DNA of 31,608 nucleotides, taken from the NCBI GenBank assembly GCA_036509155.1, contig DATCGB010000289.1:1-31608 (forward strand). The letters run 5' to 3'. Positions 26,070 through 31,608 of this stretch are shown piece after piece; the stretch's first letter is position 1, and every line of letters starts with the position of its first letter. The notes below the pieces were generated by a model, which saw only the letters and a program-made list of their open reading frames with translations, did not search any database and was not told the DNA's origin. Made by a program: the position numbers and the translations under genes. This stretch comes from Candidatus Tumulicola sp. (GTDB taxonomy: Bacteria; Vulcanimicrobiota; Vulcanimicrobiia; Vulcanimicrobiales; Vulcanimicrobiaceae).

Positions 26070-26900
26070 ATGCACGTAGCCGGCACCGTCACGACGTTCC
26101 GCGGCCTGCACGCCGGGACTGACGTTTTGCTTCTTCCCAACGCGTGGGATGCCGCTTCGGCGGCGCTGTTTGCCGCGGCCGGCGCGCGCGCAGTCGCGAC
26201 GACCAGTGCCGGCCTCGCCTGGGCGTGCGGTTATCCCGACGGCGACGCGCTGCCGAGCGCGAGTTTATCGTTCGCAATTCGATCGATCCGCCGCGCGATC
26301 GGCAACCTGCCGCTCACGGCGGATATCGAAAACGGGTTTTCCGGCGATCCGGACGACGTGGCGAATCTGGTTTGCGAACTTCGGGGCCTGGGCGTCGCGG
26401 GCGTGAACCTCGAGGACGCGAATGCCGGGCCCGATCTGCTGGCCGCAAAAATTACGGCCGTCAAGCGACGGCTGGCCGAAAACGGCGACGACGTGTTTAT
26501 CAACGCGCGGACCGACGTATACCTGCGCGAACTCGCATCCGGCGAGGCGGCCGAAAGCGAAACGATCGCACGCGGACGGCATTATTTGCGGGCCGGCGCC
26601 GACGGCTTTTTCGTCCCCGAACTTTCCGATGCCGCGACGATCGCACGAATCGCGGGCGCCGTGAATCTACCGCTCAATCTAATGGCCGCACCCGGACTCC
26701 CACCGGCTAAACGGTTGTACGAACTCGGGGTGCGCCGTCTGAGTGCGGGCGCATCGATTGCCAAGCTGGCGTACGGCGCGGGCCGCGCGGCCGCGGCGGC
26801 GTTCGTGCGCGACGGAGACGTCGGCGTGCTGTTCGCCGGGCCGGCGGTCGATTATCGCGACACGAACGCGCTGCTTCGAAAGGCGGAATACGGTGGATGA
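26070..26900 (+). CDS. Isocitrate lyase / PEP mutase superfamily protein
   Basis: [63 protein letters not shown]. Confidence 0.88.
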   Translation: MHVAGTVTTFRGLHAGTDVLLLPNAWDAASAALFAAAGARAVATTSAGLAWACGYPDGDALPSASLSFAIRSIRRAIGNLPLTADIENGFSGDPDDVANLVCELRGLGVAGVNLEDANAGPDLLAAKITAVKRRLAENGDDVFINARTDVYLRELASGEAAESETIARGRHYLRAGADGFFVPELSDAATIARIAGAVNLPLNLMAAPGLPPAKRLYELGVRRLSAGASIAKLAYGAGRAAAAAFVRDGDVGVLFAGPAVDYRDTNALLRKAEYGG

Positions 26901-27375
26901 ATCATCCCGAGCACGTCCCCCACTGCCGCCGTTTACGCGCGAGACGGCGATCGCGAAGGTGCGCGGCGCCGAAGACGGCTGGAACGCCTGCGATCCCGAA
27001 CGCGTCGCGCTCGCGTACGCGGAAGACAGCTCGTGGCGTAACCGATCGGAATTCGTCCGCGGCCGCGCGGCGATCGTCGAGTTCCTCAGACGGAAATGGG
27101 CCAAAGAACTCGACTATCGTCTGATCAAAGAACTGTGGGTTTGCGAAGGAAACCGCATCGCCGTGCGCTACGCCTACGAGTGGCACGACGACTCTTCCAA
27201 CTGGTTTCGCTCGTACGGAAACGAGAACTGGGAGTTCGACGAACGCGGCCTGATGCGGGTTCGCTACTCGAGCATTAACGACTTGCCGATCGCCGAATCG
27301 GAGCGCAAATATCGCTGGGACCGCCGCGGCCCGCGGCCGGCGGATCATCCGGGACTGACCGAACTGGGGCTCTAA
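26893..27375 (+). CDS. DUF1348 / NTF2-like (SnoaL-like) protein
   Basis: [74 protein letters not shown] 26893 inferred. Confidence 0.9.
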   Translation: MDESSRARPPLPPFTRETAIAKVRGAEDGWNACDPERVALAYAEDSSWRNRSEFVRGRAAIVEFLRRKWAKELDYRLIKELWVCEGNRIAVRYAYEWHDDSSNWFRSYGNENWEFDERGLMRVRYSSINDLPIAESERKYRWDRRGPRPADHPGLTELGL

Positions 27376-27725
27376 CGCGGACCGGGGTTGGGCGGAAACT
27401 CGCTGCGACGGGTATACAGCTCGAACTCGATCGTCGTCGCCTTTGCGTGATACTCCTCGAGCATTTTACCCACGCGAAGGTCGTAGCGGGACTGGCTCCA
27501 GGCGTGATGGTCGCTCCACTCGGTCAAGACGATCAGGATGCTGCTATCGATGCTGACGAGTATTTGGGCTCCCCGAAAACCCGCCAAGTCGCGCGACTCC
27601 TCGGCGAGAACGGCAATCGATTGGGCTAAGAGATCGGGCGTGTCCGACGCAGCCATCCTCAGCTTGATAACGCCGATGACGGGCTGGTCGACATCTGTCG
27701 TGGCGGGATCGGGCGTCGAACGCAT
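27372..27725 (-). CDS. Antibiotic biosynthesis monooxygenase (ABM)-like dimeric alpha-beta barrel protein
   Basis: [10 protein letters not shown]...[13 protein letters not shown] pattern typical of ABM domains; AAGG upstream of ATG 27725; 9 nt downstream of the comEC stop. Confidence 0.68.
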   Translation of the reverse strand: MRSTPDPATTDVDQPVIGVIKLRMAASDTPDLLAQSIAVLAEESRDLAGFRGAQILVSIDSSILIVLTEWSDHHAWSQSRYDLRVGKMLEEYHAKATTIEFELYTRRSEFPPNPGPR

Positions 27726-27734
27726 CCTTAACAC

Positions 27735-30086
27735 CTATCGCTCTTTCTCGCCCCGGTCTTCGCGAAGCCGCTCCGAGCTTCCCGGCATCCCTAGCGTTGG
27801 CGCGATCGAGAGATTCGCGCCGTCGGTGGTCACGGTTATCGCGCCGTTCTGGTCCGTTCGATAGATCGTCGCACCGAAACGCTTCAGAGCTTCGATGGTC
27901 GCCGGTGCGGGATGGCCGAAGAGGTTGTGGCGGCCGACCGAAATCAGCGCGTACTGCGGCCGAACGGCCGCGAGAAATGCCGCCGTGGAGCTGTAGGCGG
28001 AACCGTGATGGCCGACTTTGAGAACCGCGCATCGCAGGTCGACGCCTTCGCTCAAAAAGCGGCGTTCGGCGGCCGCGCCCGCGTCGCCGGTAAAGAGCAT
28101 GCAGAACGATCGGTAGCGCAAGAGAAACGCGATCGAGTTCTCGTTGATGTCGTTGCGCGATCCGGCGATCAACGGAAGCGAGGGTCCCAAGAAATGCAGC
28201 GTTACCCCGTCGTCCGTGCGCCACTCGGAACCGGCGCGCGGATAGACGATCGGAACGCGTTGCGCCCGCGCCGTCGCGAGCGCGTCGCGATACGCGTGCC
28301 CGCCATAACGTTGTCCGCCGTCGGCAATTTCGGCGACGCGTAATCGCCGTAGAACCGGCGCGACGCCGCCCGCGTGATCGCCGTGCGGATGCGAGATGGC
28401 GATCGCGTCGAGCGCGTGAATACCGCCGCGCAGCAAGAACGGTACGACGATTCGTTCGCCGATCAGTTCGGCGGTGGAATCGCTGGTTTGCGTTCCGCGC
28501 TCGAGTCGCCCGCCGGCGTCCACCAGGAACGCATGCCCGCTCGGCGTCCGGACGACGATCGCGTCGGCTTGGCCGACGTCGAGCATGATGACGCGCAGGC
28601 GGCCGTCGTAGGGCCGCGGCGGACAGATCACGAGCCATGCCGTCAGCCCGAGCGCGGCGGCGGCCACGGGAACGGCGCCGCGCCGCAGAAGGTACGGCGC
28701 GGTAACCAGCGCGGCGTCGTAGAGAACGATGCACCACGCCGGCGCGGGGGTCATGGCGATCGCCGCTTCCGGAAGGGTACCCAGCGTTTGAACCGTTCCA
28801 AGCATCCACGCCAGCAGCCAGGAGTTGAGGTTGGCTACGGCTTGGGCTAAGGGCGAACACCATGCGAGGGCGAGTTGCGCGGCGCCCAGCGCCATCGTCG
28901 CGGCAACGCACGGCACGACGGCGAGATTGGCGAACACGGCGTACGGCGCGAACTGCAGGAAGACGGCCGCGGTGAGCGGCCACGTGCCGAACTGGGTCGC
29001 CAGCGACAGTACGAGCGCTTCGCGAACCCGCTCCGGCAGCGCGACCCGACCTTCGATCCAGCGTTCCAGCGGCGCCGCGCACGCGAATATCGCGCCGACG
29101 CACGAGAACGAAAGCGCGAACGATGCCGTTGCGACGCTTTCGGGCCGTACGGCCGTCACGGCCAAGCCGGCGATCGCGAGCGCGTTCCACGAAAACGTGG
29201 CGCGGCCGCAAGCTCGCGCACACAGCGCCGCCGTTGCCATGGTTGCGGCGCGTACGGCCGGGAGCTGCGACCCGCTCCACCAAACGAAGATCCACATGCA
29301 GGCAATCGCGCCCGCGCACGTCAGCCCGCGCGGCAGCGCGAAGAGCGCGAGGATGCCGAGGCACGCGGCGCCCACCGCGCCGAGATGCAAGCCCGCAGTA
29401 ACCAGTACGTGCACCGTCCCGGTTTCCTGAAACTCGGCCCGCAGATCGGGTGGAAGCGTGGAGCGTTCGCCCCACAACTCGCCGGCAACCACCGAAGCCG
29501 CGGGCTCGCCCAGCCGGTCGCGCAGGCGCGCGTGCGCCCATTCGTGTGCGCGCGGCAGCCACGTACGCGGATCGCGCCACGATCCCGCGGCTTCGGTCGA
29601 GAGGACGGTAGCGGCTTCGAGGCGAGCGTCGAAGCCGCGCTCGCGCTGCAGTTCGCGCTCGCTCGGTTCGCCGGGATTGCGCGCTTCATCGAAGGGCGCT
29701 AGCCGTCCGCGAACGAGCACGCGCGCGCCCAGGGGAGGCTCGTCGCCGCGAACGTAGGCCAGTACCCGCATGCCGTCGTCGAGTTCGATCGCGAACGTCG
29801 AGTTCGCGCGCGCGAGAACCGTGCCGGTATACCGAGCCGTGCGGCGTTCGACGACGTGCGGCTGCGCCCCGGCGTGCAGTCCCGCGTTCGCGGCCGCAGC
29901 GACCAGGGCGCCGAGTACGACCGCGCGAAACTGCGGAGGCTCGCAAAAGCGCGAGAGCGCAAACGCCGCGAATGCCATCAGACCGCCGACGAGTGTTATT
30001 CGCTCGTCGAACGGGAGCGTGCTTGTCGCGGCGAGGGTGCCCAGCACGGCGGCGAAGGCGCAGGCGACCAACGCAAAGGGCGGCAT
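27735..30086 (-). CDS. comEC: DNA internalization competence protein ComEC/Rec2
   Basis: OB-like region (RGRLAPFDEARNPGE), competence domain (FQETGTVHVLVTAGLH, PAVRA, SFALSF), metallo-beta-lactamase domain (LDVGQAD, SHPHGDH, NENS, TGDA, LKVGHHGS, ISVG...FGHP). Start ATG 30086 inferred. Confidence 0.93.
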   Translation of the reverse strand: MPPFALVACAFAAVLGTLAATSTLPFDERITLVGGLMAFAAFALSRFCEPPQFRAVVLGALVAAAANAGLHAGAQPHVVERRTARYTGTVLARANSTFAIELDDGMRVLAYVRGDEPPLGARVLVRGRLAPFDEARNPGEPSERELQRERGFDARLEAATVLSTEAAGSWRDPRTWLPRAHEWAHARLRDRLGEPAASVVAGELWGERSTLPPDLRAEFQETGTVHVLVTAGLHLGAVGAACLGILALFALPRGLTCAGAIACMWIFVWWSGSQLPAVRAATMATAALCARACGRATFSWNALAIAGLAVTAVRPESVATASFALSFSCVGAIFACAAPLERWIEGRVALPERVREALVLSLATQFGTWPLTAAVFLQFAPYAVFANLAVVPCVAATMALGAAQLALAWCSPLAQAVANLNSWLLAWMLGTVQTLGTLPEAAIAMTPAPAWCIVLYDAALVTAPYLLRRGAVPVAAAALGLTAWLVICPPRPYDGRLRVIMLDVGQADAIVVRTPSGHAFLVDAGGRLERGTQTSDSTAELIGERIVVPFLLRGGIHALDAIAISHPHGDHAGGVAPVLRRLRVAEIADGGQRYGGHAYRDALATARAQRVPIVYPRAGSEWRTDDGVTLHFLGPSLPLIAGSRNDINENSIAFLLRYRSFCMLFTGDAGAAAERRFLSEGVDLRCAVLKVGHHGSAYSSTAAFLAAVRPQYALISVGRHNLFGHPAPATIEALKRFGATIYRTDQNGAITVTTDGANLSIAPTLGMPGSSERLREDRGEKER

Positions 30087-30140
30087 CGCCGCTCCCCTGC
30101 GACGAGGCGCGGCCTCGGCTAGAACGGAAAGGATCAAGCG

Positions 30141-31076
30141 GTGCGCATCATCGTTACCGGCGGTGCCGGATTCATCGGGTCGCACGTGGTCGACGCCTAC
30201 ATGGCGCAGGGCCACGACGTTCTCGCGCTCGATTCGCTTTGGGAGCAAGGCGGGGGGCGGCGGCGAAACGTACCCGAGCGCGCGAATTTCGTTCACATGG
30301 ACGTCCGCGATGAAAACGTCAGCCGCATCTTCACCGAGTTCAAGCCGGACATCGTCAACCACCACGCGGCGCAGCACTCCGTCGCGATTTCTTCGCGCGA
30401 CCCAGTTTACGACGCGCAAGTCAACGTCATCGGCCTGCTCAACATCCTGGAGAATTCGGTAAAGGCGGGCGTTCGCAAGGTAATCTTTGCCTCGAGCGGC
30501 GCCACGTTCGGAAATCCAGACAGCTTCCCGATAACCGACGACACGCCCCAGCGCCCGACGTCGCCGTACGGCATCACCAAGATGGTCGCCGAGCATTACC
30601 TGCGCTTCTATCGAAACGAAAAGGGCTTAGACTTTACGGCACTGCGCTACGGCAACGTGTACGGTCCGCGCCAGGACCCCAGCGGTGAGGCCGGCGTCAT
30701 CGCGATTTTCATCGGCGCGTTCTTGCGCGGCGGCGGCGTGCGCATCGACTCGGACGGCGAGCAGACGCGCGATTACGTGTACGCCGGCGACGTAGCCGCT
30801 GCGAACCTGTCGGCACTCGATCGCGGCTCCGGAAACTGCTACGTGATCGGCACCGGCGTAAAGACCAGCGTCAACGCGATCTATCGCACGCTCGTCGGCA
30901 TCGACGGATTCGAGGCGCCGGTTACGCACGCTCCCCGGCGGCCGGGCGACGCACGCGACGCGCAGTTCGACGCCGCCGGCGCGCGCCGCGACCTGGAGTG
31001 GACGCCTTCGACCAGTCTGGCCGACGGCATGCGCGCCACCTACGACTATTTCAAGAAGTTGACGATCCCAAAGTAA
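30141..31076 (+). CDS. NAD-dependent epimerase/dehydratase (UDP-glucose 4-epimerase-like extended SDR)
   Basis: TGGAGFIGSH, HHAAQ, ASSG, YGITK (YxxxK), RYGNVYGPRQ, QTRDYVY, RPGD. Confidence 0.92.
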   Translation: MRIIVTGGAGFIGSHVVDAYMAQGHDVLALDSLWEQGGGRRRNVPERANFVHMDVRDENVSRIFTEFKPDIVNHHAAQHSVAISSRDPVYDAQVNVIGLLNILENSVKAGVRKVIFASSGATFGNPDSFPITDDTPQRPTSPYGITKMVAEHYLRFYRNEKGLDFTALRYGNVYGPRQDPSGEAGVIAIFIGAFLRGGGVRIDSDGEQTRDYVYAGDVAAANLSALDRGSGNCYVIGTGVKTSVNAIYRTLVGIDGFEAPVTHAPRRPGDARDAQFDAAGARRDLEWTPSTSLADGMRATYDYFKKLTIPK

Positions 31077-31097
31077 ACGCTCGGCGAAACCCGCCGC

Positions 31098-31608
31098 TTA
31101 GGCGAACGCGTCGGGCGTGCGAACGTGCTCGGGCCGGGCTCCCATGCCCAGTAATCGCGCCGCGAGCCGCCGCAACGGAACGATTTCGTCGAGCAGTCTT
31201 ACCGGGAGCGGCGGCCGCGAAACGTCGCTGCCCGTAAGTATCGGATCGATCGCGCGGTTCTGCACGAAGATTTGGAGCCCTTGCGTGACCTTGGTGGGAA
31301 ACGTGCGGCGCGCTTGCACGCCGGCGAGAAGGTCGTCGCTGACGACGCCGGCGCGCAGCGGCTCGGCCAGAATGTTTGCGGCCGCGACGCTGTCTTGAAT
31401 CGCCAGATTGATTCCTACCCCGCCGATCGGCGACATCGCGTGCGCGGCATCGCCGACGCACAGCACGCCGGGGCGATGCCAGCGGCGCAGCCGGTCGACG
31501 CGGACCTCGAGCAGCGAGACTTTCGACCAGTCGTCGATTTCCGCGACGCGATCGCGAAGGATCGGTGCGGTCTCGACGATGCCCTCGTGAAAAGCGTCGA
31601 GCCCCGCC
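31098..31608 (-). CDS. FAD-dependent oxidoreductase/monooxygenase, C-terminal part (start lies beyond the window's right edge)
   Basis: VDRLRRWHRPGVLCVGDAAHAMSPIGGVGINLAIQD (GDAAH...P..G.G.N.A..D flavin monooxygenase motif). Confidence 0.88.
   Translation of the reverse strand, partial: AGLDAFHEGIVETAPILRDRVAEIDDWSKVSLLEVRVDRLRRWHRPGVLCVGDAAHAMSPIGGVGINLAIQDSVAAANILAEPLRAGVVSDDLLAGVQARRTFPTKVTQGLQIFVQNRAIDPILTGSDVSRPPLPVRLLDEIVPLRRLAARLLGMGARPEHVRTPDAFA

Noticed and set aside
27544-30596. Very long alternative ORFs (678 aa at 27544-29580; the 953-aa extension of comEC to 30596)
   Set aside because: They are Arg/Ala/Gly-rich shadow frames typical of high-GC DNA. The extension is antisense to the epimerase, and ComEC homology starts near 30086.
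1-31608. CRISPR arrays, tRNA/rRNA genes, IS elements, integrases, toxin-antitoxin or defence islands
   Set aside because: No regularly spaced repeats, cloverleaf signatures, transposase or recombinase motifs were seen. The XRE-membrane pair lacks a recognisable toxin.

Overview
A GC-rich (roughly two-thirds G+C by eye), densely coding bacterial chromosomal window of mostly housekeeping genes. I see no rRNA, tRNA, CRISPR array, integrase or transposase. Gene order, left to right: a minus-strand resB(partial)-tatC-tatA-polyprenyl synthase-menG cluster; a plus-strand PLD-fold gene; minus-strand tatD-metG-rsmI; a small Pro-tailed membrane protein; aminopeptidase P; DUF202; nadCBA; a membrane protein/XRE/secreted hydrolase module; a 2-Cys peroxiredoxin plus YkuV-like reductase; a 45-aa secreted peptide gene missing from the ORF track; sulfate ABC sbp-cysTWA plus a TSUP transporter; an OPT transporter; an orphan; a cyclophilin; a phosphoesterase lipoprotein; an ICL/PEP-mutase-family gene plus DUF1348; an ABM-like gene; comEC; an NAD-dependent epimerase; and a partial FAD oxidoreductase. 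The Bacillota-like gene order at high GC, with Pro/Ser-rich secreted proteins, suggests Vulcanimicrobiota/Eremiobacterota (inference only). The most interesting signals are small-scale: (1) the standalone secreted peptide gene with its own SD and terminator; (2) a 13-bp tandem duplication creating an M-R-D mini-ORF between nadA and nadB; (3) a 48-nt spacer that folds into one hairpin ending exactly at the SD-less nadA start; (4) a membrane protein/XRE/hydrolase module behind a near-consensus, near-leaderless sigma70 promoter with two palindromes; (5) a PLD-fold protein with only one intact HKD motif. No large novel system is proven by the sequence alone.
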